Below, piece by piece: positions 1-11,400 of a stretch of 64,000 nt of DNA (positions are counted from its first letter, which is position 1; the number at the start of each line of letters is the position of its first letter). Source of the DNA: Thermoanaerobaculia bacterium (GTDB lineage: Bacteria; Acidobacteriota; Thermoanaerobaculia; Multivoradales; JAGPDF01). The notes beneath the pieces were generated by a model. The model worked only from the letters and a program-made list of their open reading frames with translations. It did not search any database and was not told where the DNA came from. The stretch is from assembly GCA_046331385.1 (NCBI GenBank), contig JAXLQW010000001.1:196167-260166 (forward strand), given 5' to 3'. The position numbers and the translations under genes were made by a program.

Positions 1-399
1 GCGCGGCTCGAGAGCGAGCGCGGCAGCGAGCAGGGGATCGCCTTCGACGACCTGCTGAAGCTGCCGCACCACGACTTCTTCCGCCGTCGCGGCGAGCCGG
101 CCTTCCGCAAGGTGGGACTTGCCGGCGAGCCCTTCGCCACCGCCGAGGAATACCTCGAGCACCTCGCCCGGGCGCTCCCCGACGGCTACCGCGCGACGCG
201 CGATTTCCGCGATTTTGTCGAGGCGATCGGCGCCATCGAACGCGGCGAGAAAACGCCCGAGGAGGCGCAGAAGCAGATGCCGCAACTGCGCCGGGTGGGC
301 GGCGTGTGCCCCTGCTCGCGCGCCGTGCGCTGGGTCGCGGACGAGAACGTCGAGTTGCCCGAGCCCCCGGCGGGCGGCGGCACGGTCCACGGCGGCTGA
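1..399 (+). CDS. C-terminal fragment of a hypothetical protein; the gene starts upstream of the window
   Basis: Frame 1 is open from base 1 to the stop at 397-399. The translation is not low-complexity (…FRKVGLAGEPFATAEEYLEHLARALPDGY…). I recognise no family. Confidence 0.4.
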   Translation, partial: ARLESERGSEQGIAFDDLLKLPHHDFFRRRGEPAFRKVGLAGEPFATAEEYLEHLARALPDGYRATRDFRDFVEAIGAIERGEKTPEEAQKQMPQLRRVGGVCPCSRAVRWVADENVELPEPPAGGGTVHGG

Positions 400-421
400 G
401 GCCCCGACCGGCCTGCCGCCC

Positions 422-1324
422 ATGGGACGCGCTCTCTCCTGGCTGGTCACCCAGGGTCTCCCCCTCGTCCCCCGGCCGGTCGTCGGCCGGGTGGCCAAGC
501 GCTACGTCGCCGGCGAGACGCTCGAGCAGGCGCTCTCGCTCATCGCCGAGCTCGCCCAAGGGGGCGCCATGGCGACCCTCGACCTGCTGGGCGAGGAAGT
601 GCGCGACGCCGCCACGACGGAGAGGACCGCGGCGGCCTACGAAGCGATGCTCGACGCGCTCGCCGAGCGCCGCCTGCCGGGCAACGTCTCGATCAAGCTC
701 ACCGCCCTCGGCCTGAAGATCGACCCCAAGCTGTGCAGCGCCAACGTCGCGCGCATCCTGGCGGCGGCGAAGCGCCACGCCAACTTCGTGCGCATCGACA
801 TGGAGGACGCCTCGACCACCGACGCCACCCTGGCGATCTACCGCGAGCTGCTGCCGCGCTACGGCAACGTCGGCGTGGTCTTCCAGGCCTACCTGCGGCG
901 GACGCTGGCGGACATCGAGGCGCTCCCCGAGTCGGGCGCCAACGTGCGCCTGTGCAAGGGGATCTACATCGAGCCGCGCGAGATCGCCTGGAAGGGTCAC
1001 GACGTGGTGCGCGCCAACTACCTCGCGGCGCTCGAGAAGCTGCTGCGCCGCGGCGTCTACGTCGGCATCGCCACCCACGACGAATACCTGATCGCCGGAG
1101 CCACGGCGCTCGTCGACCGCTTCGCCGTGCCGCGCGAGCGCTACGAATTCCAGATGCTCCTCGGCGTCGACCCCGAGATGCGCCGGATCCTGCTCGCGCG
1201 CGGCCATCGCCTGCGGGTCTACGTGCCGTTCGGCGGCGACTGGTACGCCTACTCGCTGCGCCGGCTGCGCGAGAATCCGGAGGTCGCCGGTCACGTGATG
1301 CGCGCTTTCTTCCGCGGCGCCTGA
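422..1324 (+). CDS. Proline dehydrogenase, monofunctional PutA-like
   Basis: About 300 aa from ATG 422 (MGRALSWL…). The TIM-barrel proline dehydrogenase family pattern is present (…VSIKLTALG…RIDMED…VGVVFQAYLRRT…). The 119 start given by the ORF track lies in a shadow-overlap region. Confidence 0.75.
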   Translation: MGRALSWLVTQGLPLVPRPVVGRVAKRYVAGETLEQALSLIAELAQGGAMATLDLLGEEVRDAATTERTAAAYEAMLDALAERRLPGNVSIKLTALGLKIDPKLCSANVARILAAAKRHANFVRIDMEDASTTDATLAIYRELLPRYGNVGVVFQAYLRRTLADIEALPESGANVRLCKGIYIEPREIAWKGHDVVRANYLAALEKLLRRGVYVGIATHDEYLIAGATALVDRFAVPRERYEFQMLLGVDPEMRRILLARGHRLRVYVPFGGDWYAYSLRRLRENPEVAGHVMRAFFRGA

Positions 1325-1361
1325 ATCGCGCTCCCCTGTCCGAGCGTCCTCTCCCCCCGCC

Positions 1362-2093
1362 ATGCGCGTTCTGTTGTTGCAGATCCGGGATCACCGCGGG
1401 GTCGAGGAGCAGGAGCAGCGCTGTTTCGTCGACTGCTCGGGCCTGCCGGCGGAACGCTGGAGCTTCCAGAATCTGATCGACGATCCAGCGCTCGACGACG
1501 AGGCGATCGACCGGTTCGAGGTGGTGGTGATCGGCGGGGCGGGGAAACACTCGGTCACCGAGGAGTACGAGTTCAGCGAATCCCTCGCCGCGCTGGTGCG
1601 CCGCCGGGTCGAGCGCGCGCAGCCCCTCTTCGGCTCCTGCTGGGGGCACCAGTTCGTGGCCAAGGCGCTCGGCGGACAGGTGGTGACCGACCTGCCGAAC
1701 GCCGAGTTGGGGACTCTCGACCTCGAGCTGACCGAGGCCGGGCGCCGCGACCCTTGGCTCGCGGGGCTGCCGGACCGCTTCCCGGTGCAGATGGGTCACA
1801 AGGACCGGGTCGTCGAGCTGCCTCCGGGCGCGATCGAGCTCGCGGTCACCGCCAATCTCGGCAACCAGGCCTACCGGCTCGCCGGTCTGCCGATCTGCGG
1901 CGCGCAGTTCCACGTCGAGCTCGACGCCGAGCGCATGCTCGCCCGCGCCACGGTCTACCGCGGGCAGTACGTCGCCGACCCCGAGGCCTTCGAGAGCTTT
2001 CGTCGCCGCCTGCGCCCGAGCCCGGAGTCCTGGACGCTCTTCCGCCGCTTCCTCGCGAGCGTCGCCGCGCATGACAGGATGCCGCGACCGTGA
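1362..2093 (+). CDS. Class I glutamine amidotransferase-like protein
   Basis: 243 aa with a GATase1-like core (…LFGSCWGHQF…GAQFHVE…), including a catalytic Cys-His pattern. Confidence 0.65.
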   Translation: MRVLLLQIRDHRGVEEQEQRCFVDCSGLPAERWSFQNLIDDPALDDEAIDRFEVVVIGGAGKHSVTEEYEFSESLAALVRRRVERAQPLFGSCWGHQFVAKALGGQVVTDLPNAELGTLDLELTEAGRRDPWLAGLPDRFPVQMGHKDRVVELPPGAIELAVTANLGNQAYRLAGLPICGAQFHVELDAERMLARATVYRGQYVADPEAFESFRRRLRPSPESWTLFRRFLASVAAHDRMPRP

Positions 2094-2467
2094 CCTCCCA
2101 TCGCTGCTACGACTGCGGCAACTGCCCGGCCTATTGCTGCACCTACGACAACATCCCGGTCTCCGACGCCGACCTCGCCCGCCTGGCGAGGCGCTTCGGC
2201 GTCTCCGAAAGGACCGCCGAGAAGCGCTACACCAAGCGCGGGACCGAGGGCATGGCCCGGGTCCTGCGCCACCAGAAAGACGAGACCTTCGGCACCGCCT
2301 GCCGATTCCTCGATCTCGAGAGCCGCGGCTGCACGATCTACGACGCCCGGCCGCACATCTGCCGCGCTTATCCCGGCAGCGCCCGCTGCGGCTTCTACGA
2401 CTTCTTGATGTCGGAGCGCCGGACGCAGGACGACCTCGACTACGTGCCGTCCTTCACTCGCGGGTGA
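2090..2467 (+). CDS. YkgJ-family Fe-S/zinc-chelating Cys-cluster protein
   Basis: 125 aa with CYDCGNCPAYCC…CRFL…GCTIYDARPHICRAYP. The GTG start overlaps the upstream stop as GTGA. Confidence 0.65.
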   Translation: MTSHRCYDCGNCPAYCCTYDNIPVSDADLARLARRFGVSERTAEKRYTKRGTEGMARVLRHQKDETFGTACRFLDLESRGCTIYDARPHICRAYPGSARCGFYDFLMSERRTQDDLDYVPSFTRG

Positions 2468-2558
2468 CCCGCGCCGAGACCGGAACGCGGCCGCGATGGA
2501 TCGCGGGCGCCGGGTCCGCTAGCATCGGTCGACCGCGGGAGCGGCGTCGCTGGCTTCG

Positions 2559-4327
<1,769 letters not shown>

Positions 4328-4331
<4 letters not shown>

Positions 4332-4993
4332 CGCGCGCGACCGCGGTCGCTGCCGCGTCCAGCATCGTTCCGGTCGTCGCCTGGCGGCCGGGCGAGAGCG
4401 TCGCCGCGCTCGCCGCGGCGCTCGCGCGCGGGGCGATCCTGGCGCTGCCGACCGAGTCGAGCTATGGCCTCGCGGTGGCGCCCGACGACCCGCGCGCGGT
4501 CGAGGCGATCTACCGCGTCAAGGAGCGCGAGCGCGGCAAGCCTCTGCCGGTGGTGGCGGCGGATCTCGTCGCGGCGCGATCGCTGCCGCTCGCCGCGACG
4601 GCGGAGGCGAGCCTCGAATTCGGCGCCCGCCATTGGCCGGCGGCGCTCTCGGTCCTCCTGCCGCTCGCCCAGCCGCTCGCCGCCGCCGCCGGCGCGCCGG
4701 AGATCGCCCTGCGCGTCCCCGAGCACGCGACCCTGCGCGCCTTGCTCGCGGCGCTCGCGACGCCGGTGACGGCGACGAGCGCCAACCCGAGCGGCGGCGA
4801 GCCGCTGCTCGATCCGGCGGCGGTCGCCGCCTGGCTCGGCGAGCGCGGCGCCGACGCGGTGGTGGTCGACTTCGGCGCGCCGCTCGCCGGCGGGGCGCCT
4901 TCGACCCTGGTGCGCCTCGCCGGCGATCGACCCGTGGTGCTGCGCGCCGGACGGTTCGCGCTTCCCGCCGCCGGCGGCGGGGGAGCGCGATGA
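4328..4993 (+). CDS. tsaC: L-threonylcarbamoyladenylate synthase (YrdC/Sua5 family)
   Basis: YrdC-domain motif …LALPTESSYGLAV…, 221 aa. The ATG overlaps the recN stop as ATGA. Confidence 0.65.
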
Positions 4994-6759
4994 GGCGCGC
5001 GGCGCTCGCCGCCGGGCTCGCCGCGGGGCTCGGGCTCGCGCTCGCGCCGACGGCGCCAGCCGCGCCGCCGTCGATTCCGCTCGACGAGATCCACGCCGGC
5101 CAGCGCGGCTACGGCCTCACCGTGCTCGCCGGCACCGCGCCCGAGCGCTTCGAGGTCGAAGTCCTCGGGGTGCTCAAGAACGTCGCACCCGGGACGAGCT
5201 ACGTCCTCGCCCGCTTGACCGGCGCCCACCTCGAGAAGACCGGGGTGATCGCCGGCATGAGCGGCAGCCCGGTCTACCTCGACGGCCGGCTGGCGGGCGC
5301 GGTCGCTTTCTCCTGGCCGTTCGCCCAGGAGGCCATCGCCGGCATCACGCCGATCGACCGGATGCGCGCCGTGCCCGCGGCGGCCGATCGCGGCGCGGGC
5401 GGCGGCGCGCTGCCGACCCTGTCGCAGATCGCCCTCGGCAAGTTCGACGAGAGCCTCTTCGCCGCCGAAGCCGGCCACCTCGCGACCCGGCTCGGCGACG
5501 GCGGCGAGACCCGCGTGGTGTGGAGCGCGCGCGGCTTCGGCGAGGGAACGTTCGATCGCTTCGGGCGCGCGCTGGCGCGCGTCGTGCCGTCGGGCGGCGC
5601 CGTCGCCGGCGGGCGGATCGAGCCCGGCGGCTCGGTCGCCGCGCTGCTGGTCGACGGCGATCTGCGCCTCGCCGCGACCGGCACGGTGACCGAGGTCGAC
5701 GGCGACCAGGTGCTCGCCTTCGGCCATCCGTTCCTCGGGCTGGGCGCGCTCGAGCTGCCGATGGCGACCGCCGAGGTGGTCACCGTGCTCGGCTCCGACT
5801 ACTCGTCCTTCAAGCTCGCCAACACCGGCGAAGTGGTCGGCGCCTTCCTCGCCGATCGGCCGGCGGGCATCTCCGGCCGGCTCGGCGCGACGGCGCGCAC
5901 TCTGCCGGTGACGCTCGAAGTCGCGGGAGAGCGGCCGGCGCGCTTCGCCCTGCGCCTGGCGCGCGTCCCGGAGATGCTGCCGCTGCTGGTCGCGATCTCC
6001 GAGCTCGGGGTGCTCGACCAGGCCTTCGCCACCGCCGGCGTGCAGGCGATCGACGTGCGCGCGCGCTTCGACCTCGGAGCGCACGGCCGCCTGGCGCTGG
6101 CGCAGAGCTTCGACGGCCCGGGCGCCGGGACGCAGAGCGCCCTCTGGCTGATCGGCGTGACCACGTTCCTGACCCGGTCCGAGCTCGCGGCGATCGAGCC
6201 GCTCGCGCTCGACCTCGAGCTGCGTCCGGGGCGCGCGCCGCGCGCGAGCGAGATTCTCGGCGCCGCGCCGCGCCGGCCGCGGGTGCGGCCCGGCGAGACG
6301 CTGGCCGTCGATGTCGAGACGCGCGCCTTCCGCGGCGACGTCGCGCACGGCGAGCTCGAGGTCGTCCTGCCGCGGGAGCTGCCGGCGGGGCGCTATACGA
6401 TCCTCGTCGGCAGTGGACCGGAGGCCGACGCGGCGCGCCTCGGCCTGGTGGGCGCCGATCCGGCGACGATCGAGCAGGCGTTGCGGCTGCTCGCGGAGCT
6501 CCATCCGCCGACCGACCTGGTGGTGCTCGGCGTCCTGCCGGCGCGCGGCGTGGCGGTGGCGGGCGAGTCGCTGCCGCGCCTGCCGGCCTCGCTGCAGGCG
6601 ATCTGGGCGGCTTCGCCGGGCAAGAGCGCCGTGCCGCTGCGCGCCGCGGTCGCCGAGCTCGGCGGCCGGCCGTGGCCGACGCCGCTCGCCGGCCTGGTGC
6701 GCTTCGACGTCGAGGTGGTGCGCGAGGGTGAGGGAGCGCGAGAGGAGACCCACCGATGA
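4990..6759 (+). CDS. Secreted peptidase S55 (SpoIVB-like) domain protein
   Basis: Signal peptide (MRRAALAAGLAAGLGLALA), then an S55 serine protease core (…VIAGMSGSPVYLDGRLAGAVAF…). ATGA overlap with tsaC. The longer 4633 ORF is a shadow over tsaC. Confidence 0.65.
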   Translation: MRRAALAAGLAAGLGLALAPTAPAAPPSIPLDEIHAGQRGYGLTVLAGTAPERFEVEVLGVLKNVAPGTSYVLARLTGAHLEKTGVIAGMSGSPVYLDGRLAGAVAFSWPFAQEAIAGITPIDRMRAVPAAADRGAGGGALPTLSQIALGKFDESLFAAEAGHLATRLGDGGETRVVWSARGFGEGTFDRFGRALARVVPSGGAVAGGRIEPGGSVAALLVDGDLRLAATGTVTEVDGDQVLAFGHPFLGLGALELPMATAEVVTVLGSDYSSFKLANTGEVVGAFLADRPAGISGRLGATARTLPVTLEVAGERPARFALRLARVPEMLPLLVAISELGVLDQAFATAGVQAIDVRARFDLGAHGRLALAQSFDGPGAGTQSALWLIGVTTFLTRSELAAIEPLALDLELRPGRAPRASEILGAAPRRPRVRPGETLAVDVETRAFRGDVAHGELEVVLPRELPAGRYTILVGSGPEADAARLGLVGADPATIEQALRLLAELHPPTDLVVLGVLPARGVAVAGESLPRLPASLQAIWAASPGKSAVPLRAAVAELGGRPWPTPLAGLVRFDVEVVREGEGAREETHR

Positions 6760-8972
6760 AGATCCGAACGGCGCTGGTCGCGAGCGCTCTGCTCGCCGGC
6801 GCGGCCGGCGCGGCGCCGGTGAAGCTCTTCCAGGCCGGATCGGCGTCGGCGTGGCTCGCCGGCACGCTCGAGAGCGTGGCGGTCGACGACCACGGCGGGC
6901 TCGCCCTCGCCGCGGCGACCGAACGTCTGGCGGCGACCGACGCGATCGGCGAGCCGTTCGTTTTCGCCCTCGCCCGCCATCCGCAGGGTTGGGTCCTCGG
7001 CACCGGCAACGCCGGCAAGGTGCTCTTCGTCGGTCGCGACGGCAGAGTCGAGACCCTGTTCGCCGCCCCCGAGCCCGAGGTCTTCGCCCTCTGGGTCGAC
7101 GCCGACGGTACGGTCTTCGCCGGCACCTCGCCGCACGGCAAGGTCTATCGCCTGCGGCGGGGAGAGAAGGCGAGCGTCTGGTTCGATCCGCAGGCGACCT
7201 ACGTCTGGGCGATCGCGCGCGCCGGGAGAGGCGAGCTCTACGTCGCCACCGGCACGGAGGGCAAGCTGTTCGCGGTCGATGCCGCGGGCAAGGGCAAGGT
7301 GGCGCTCGACCTCGACGACGCGCACGTGCGCGCGCTGCTGCCGCTGCCGTCGGGTGAGCTGCTCCTCGGCACCGGGGAGCTCGGTCTGGTACAGAAGCTC
7401 GACCCCGCGACCGGCCGGGCGACGACGCTCTACGACTCGGCGCTACCCGAGATCGTGGCGCTCGCCGCGGCGCCGGACGGCACCGCCTGGGCGGCGGCGC
7501 TCGCCTCCGAGGCGAGCTGGATGGACCTCGCGCCGCCGCCGGCCCCGGCGCTCGCCACCGGAAGCGCGACCGGCGACGCCGGCGGCGACGCCAAGCCGAG
7601 CGTCACCGTCGAGACGCCGGCCGAGGCGGCGCCGGGCCGCGCGCCGCGCGCCGCCGGCTCGCCGCGCAGCGAAATCGTGCGCTTCGCCGTCGGCGGTGCC
7701 GCCGAGCCGGTGGCGCAGCTCGCCGACGACTCGGTCTTCGCGCTCGCCTGGTCGCGCGGACGGCTGTGGATCGGCACTGGTCTGGCGGGAAAGCTCTACT
7801 CCCTGGCCGAGAACGGCACGCCGGCGCTCGAGCGCGACTTCGAGGAGAAGCAGCTCGTCGGCGTGATCGCCGACTCCGCCCCGGCGGCCGCCGAGGCCGG
7901 CCCGACCGTGGCGACCACCAACGCCGCCAGCCTCTGGCGCTTCCTCGCCCGGCCGGCCGAGCGCGGCACGTACACCAGCGCGGTGCTCGACGCCGGCGCG
8001 GTGGCGCGTTTCGGCGTCTTGCGCTGGAGCTCCGGCCCGCCGGGCGGCGGCGAGGTCCGTTTCCGCTTCCGCGCCGGCTGGAGCGCCGAGCCCGACTCGA
8101 CCTGGACGGCGTGGAGCGAACCGCGCTCGGGGGCGGAGATCGCGCTCGCCGACCTGCCGCGGGCGCGCTACGTGCAGTGGCGGGCGGAGCTCGATCGCGG
8201 CCCCGGCGCGGGAAGCGGCTCGCCGGAGATCGCCGCCGTCGAGCTCTCCTACCGCCAGGAGAATCTGCGGCCGCGCATCGAGCGCTTCGCCGCGATGGAC
8301 CCGGGTCAGATCCTGGTGCCCGCCGGATTCAATCCCGGCGAGCAGGTCTTCGAGCCCGCGCACCCGACGAAGGACGGCATCTTCACCACCCTCGAGCCGG
8401 CGGCCGGCAAGGACGACTCGCGCAGCAAGACGCTGTGGAAGCGCGGCTACCTGACGCTGCGCTGGCGGGCGTCGGATCCCAACCAGGACGACCTGCGCTA
8501 CGCCCTCGCCTTCCGCCGCGAGGGCGACGCCGACTGGCTGCCGATGGTCGACGAGCTCGACGACGACCACTTCAGCTTCGACGCCACGGCGCTGCCCGAC
8601 GGCCGCTATCGCTTCCGCCTGACGGCCAGCGATCGCAAGAGCAACGACCCCGCCGCGGCGCTCGCGGCGAGCGACGAGAGCGACGCGGTGGTCGTCGACG
8701 ACTCGCCGCCGGCGCGCGGCGCGCTGACGCGCGACGGCGAGCGGCGCTGGCTCGCGGTCGCCGACGCGCTCTCGCCTCTGCGCGCGGCCGAGATCTCCTT
8801 CGACGCCAAGTCGTGGCGCGACGTCGCCACCCGCGACGGCCTGCTCGACGGCCTCGCCGAGGTGCTGGCGATCGGTCCGCCGCCGGCGGGCGCTCGCCTG
8901 GTGCTGGTGCGGGTCACCGACGCGGCGTTCAACTCCGCCACTTTCGACCTCACCGAGGAGCTCGGCCGATGA
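6756..8972 (+). CDS. Secreted hypothetical protein with beta-propeller-like N-terminal repeats
   Basis: Signal peptide MKIRTALVASALLAGAAGAA. There are repeated …G(T/N)G…GK(V/L)(Y/F)… blades and an Ala/Pro-rich linker. ATGA overlap with the upstream gene. Confidence 0.55.
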   Translation: MKIRTALVASALLAGAAGAAPVKLFQAGSASAWLAGTLESVAVDDHGGLALAAATERLAATDAIGEPFVFALARHPQGWVLGTGNAGKVLFVGRDGRVETLFAAPEPEVFALWVDADGTVFAGTSPHGKVYRLRRGEKASVWFDPQATYVWAIARAGRGELYVATGTEGKLFAVDAAGKGKVALDLDDAHVRALLPLPSGELLLGTGELGLVQKLDPATGRATTLYDSALPEIVALAAAPDGTAWAAALASEASWMDLAPPPAPALATGSATGDAGGDAKPSVTVETPAEAAPGRAPRAAGSPRSEIVRFAVGGAAEPVAQLADDSVFALAWSRGRLWIGTGLAGKLYSLAENGTPALERDFEEKQLVGVIADSAPAAAEAGPTVATTNAASLWRFLARPAERGTYTSAVLDAGAVARFGVLRWSSGPPGGGEVRFRFRAGWSAEPDSTWTAWSEPRSGAEIALADLPRARYVQWRAELDRGPGAGSGSPEIAAVELSYRQENLRPRIERFAAMDPGQILVPAGFNPGEQVFEPAHPTKDGIFTTLEPAAGKDDSRSKTLWKRGYLTLRWRASDPNQDDLRYALAFRREGDADWLPMVDELDDDHFSFDATALPDGRYRFRLTASDRKSNDPAAALAASDESDAVVVDDSPPARGALTRDGERRWLAVADALSPLRAAEISFDAKSWRDVATRDGLLDGLAEVLAIGPPPAGARLVLVRVTDAAFNSATFDLTEELGR

Positions 8973-9472
8973 CGCAGAGAATCGCCGTCTACCCGGGTTC
9001 GTTCGACCCCATCCACCACGGCCACCTCGACATCATCGAGCGCTGCCGGGCGATCTTCGACGGGGTGATCATCGGCGTGCTCGCCAACGAGGAGAAGCAG
9101 CCGCTGTTCTCGCTCGCGGACCGGGTGGAAATGGTGCGCGAGCTCACGTCCGGCGACGGCTTCTGCCGGGTCGAGAGCTTTTCGGGTCTGCTGGTCGACT
9201 TCATGGAGCAGAAGGGCGCGACGGTGATCGTGCGCGGCCTGCGCGCCATCTCGGACTTCGAGTACGAGTTCCAGATGGCGCTGATGAACCGCCACCTGAA
9301 GCCGAAGATCGAGACCGTGTTCATGATGCCGCGCGAGGACTACAGCTACCTGTCGAGCCGGCTGGTCAAGGAGGTCTTCCGGCTGGGCGGCGACGTCGCG
9401 GGCCTGGTGCCCGACCGGGTGCTGGCGCGGATGGCGGAGCGTTACCAGGCGGCGCGCGAGGAGGGTCCCTGA
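8969..9472 (+). CDS. coaD: Phosphopantetheine adenylyltransferase
   Basis: MTQRIAVYPGSFDPIHHGHLDIIERC… is the canonical CoaD N-terminus with the HxGH motif. 167 aa. ATGA overlap with the upstream gene. Confidence 0.9.
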   Translation: MTQRIAVYPGSFDPIHHGHLDIIERCRAIFDGVIIGVLANEEKQPLFSLADRVEMVRELTSGDGFCRVESFSGLLVDFMEQKGATVIVRGLRAISDFEYEFQMALMNRHLKPKIETVFMMPREDYSYLSSRLVKEVFRLGGDVAGLVPDRVLARMAERYQAAREEGP

Positions 9473-9495
9473 GTCTCGTCGACTTCGCTCGCGCC

Positions 9496-10515
9496 ATGCC
9501 CAAGGTGGAGCTGCACGTCCATCTCGAAGGTTCGATCCTGCCGGAGACCCTGCTGGCGCTCGCCTCACGCCGCGGCGTGGCGCTGCCGGCCGTGGACGCG
9601 AAGAGCCTCGGCGAGTGGTTCCGGTTCCGCGATTTCGAGCACTTCGTCGAGATCTACCTGACCTGCTCGCGCTGCCTGCGCGCGCCGGAGGATTTCCAGC
9701 GCATCGCGCTCGACTTCCTCGCCGCGCAGGCGGCGCAGAACGTGGTCTATACCGAGGCCCACTTCACCATCGGCACCCACCTTGGCAACGGCCTGCCGGG
9801 GGCCGAGGTGCGCGAGGCGCTGTGGGAGGCGGTGCGCGAGGGCGAGGTGCGCCACGGAGTGCGCCTGCGCTGGATTCCGGACATCGTGCGCAACGTGCCG
9901 CAATGGGCCGACGCGACGCTCGAGTGGGCGCTCGACGGGGTCGACGAAGGGGTGGTGGCTCTCGGCCTGTCGGGGAGCGAGGCGCGGTTCTCGAGCGAGC
10001 CGTTCCGCGATCACTTCCTCGAGGCCGGACGGCGCCGCCTGCATCGGGTGGCGCACGCCGGCGAGCACGCCGGCCCGGAGGTCATCGAGGCGGTCATCGA
10101 CCGGCTGGGCGCGGAGCGCATCGGCCACGGGGTGCGCGCCGCCGCGAGCGACGTGTTGATGAAGGAGCTCGCCGAGTGGCGCATCCCGCTCGAGGTCTGT
10201 CCGACGTCGAACGTCTGCCTCGGGGTGGCCAAGGACATCGCCTCGCACCCGTTCGACCGCCTGCGCCGCGCCGGCCTCGCGGTGACCGCCAACAGCGACG
10301 ACCCGGCGCTGTTCAACACCGACATCACCCACGAGTACCTGAAGCTCGCCGAGGCCTTCCACTACGAGGCCGAAGACCTCGCCGCGCTCGCCCTCGCCGC
10401 CCTCTCCCACTCCTTCCTTCCCGACGCCCCCAAGCGCACGCTCGCAGCCGAGATGCGCCAACAATTCCGCGACCTCGGCGAACGCCACCTCGGACGAGCG
10501 GTCGAAGTCGGTTGA
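9496..10515 (+). CDS. add: Adenosine deaminase
   Basis: …VELHVHLEGS… metal-binding motif, …HAGE… and …SDDPALF… motifs. 339 aa. Confidence 0.85.
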   Translation: MPKVELHVHLEGSILPETLLALASRRGVALPAVDAKSLGEWFRFRDFEHFVEIYLTCSRCLRAPEDFQRIALDFLAAQAAQNVVYTEAHFTIGTHLGNGLPGAEVREALWEAVREGEVRHGVRLRWIPDIVRNVPQWADATLEWALDGVDEGVVALGLSGSEARFSSEPFRDHFLEAGRRRLHRVAHAGEHAGPEVIEAVIDRLGAERIGHGVRAAASDVLMKELAEWRIPLEVCPTSNVCLGVAKDIASHPFDRLRRAGLAVTANSDDPALFNTDITHEYLKLAEAFHYEAEDLAALALAALSHSFLPDAPKRTLAAEMRQQFRDLGERHLGRAVEVG

Positions 10516-10528
10516 CGCGGTTCCGGCG

Positions 10529-11350
10529 TCAGAGACCCAGCGCACGCGACAGGGCGTCGAGTTTGGCGAGGACGCGGCGGGCGTTTCTCGGGCCGAGGCG
10601 GAGGAGCTGTTTCTGCGCCGCGGAGAGGTTCTCGCGGTCCGGGTCGGCGTAGCGATAGAGCCCGCCGCCGCCGGTGACTTCGAGAGCTTCGCCGTCGGCC
10701 GGCAGCGGCGTGCGGCCGAGCTCGTCGATCGCCGCCGCGAGGACGGTCGCGAACCTGCGGCCGGGCAGCGAGACCTCGGCGGTCGCCTCGTCGAGCAGCG
10801 GGGTCAGTCGTCTGACCACCGCCGCCAAGCGGTCGGCGTCGATCTCGGCGAACAGATCGACCAGCGGCGCGTAGCGGTCGTAGGTCTCGGGATCGACGTA
10901 GGTGCGCCCGGCGCGCGCGGTCACCGCGAAGCGGCCCGGTGGCGCCCAGAACGGGATCGAGGCGCGGGGCGAATTCCCCTCGCCGAGGCGGATCGTCGCT
11001 CCGACCGCGGCGCGGATCAGCCCCTCCCCGCCCGCCAGCCAGCGCGCGAGCTCCGGACGAGTGGACAGACTTCCCACAAGGTCGCGCGCCACCCCATCGC
11101 TCGCGTCGAGGCGGGGCAGGGGAGGCAGCGGTGCGGCCGCCGGCGCCGGGGCGGCGGCCGCCGGTGCCGCCGCGGCGGGCGCCGCTCCGGCCGGCGGCGG
11201 CGCCGGGGGCGAGCGCCAGAGCCAGTAACCGGCTCCGGCGAGCACGAGCGCGGCGGCGATCGTCAACGGCAGAGCGACCGCGCGCGAAGAGTGCGGCGCC
11301 GGCGGCTGGTAGGAGGCTCTCTCGAGCGGCTCGTCGTCGAGGCGGTCCAT
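10529..11350 (-). CDS. DUF3014-like membrane-anchored protein
   Basis: 273 aa from ATG at 11350 (MDRLDDEPL…), with a TM anchor and an Ala/Pro-rich linker. The 724-aa ORF 10529..12703 is an artefact that runs antisense over the M28 peptidase gene. Confidence 0.5.
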   Translation of the reverse strand: MDRLDDEPLERASYQPPAPHSSRAVALPLTIAAALVLAGAGYWLWRSPPAPPPAGAAPAAAAPAAAAPAPAAAPLPPLPRLDASDGVARDLVGSLSTRPELARWLAGGEGLIRAAVGATIRLGEGNSPRASIPFWAPPGRFAVTARAGRTYVDPETYDRYAPLVDLFAEIDADRLAAVVRRLTPLLDEATAEVSLPGRRFATVLAAAIDELGRTPLPADGEALEVTGGGGLYRYADPDRENLSAAQKQLLRLGPRNARRVLAKLDALSRALGL

Positions 11351-11400
11351 GGTGACGGTCGCGACCTGCGAGAGCCGTGCCGGCGCGGGCTCCGCAGCCT

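Noticed and set aside
699-2072. 457-aa minus-strand ORF (and similar ones 2454..4289-, 4510..6753-, 5810..7141-, 7443..8570-, 9565..10545-, 13246..15030-, 28837..30330-, 31599..32645-, 32750..34060-, 34533..35789-, 37339..39084-, 41756..44587-, 46328..48661-, 61930..63879-)
   Set aside because: Translations are Arg/Ala/Gly/Pro-rich low complexity. They lie antisense to genes with clear conserved motifs. These are typical GC-rich shadow ORFs.
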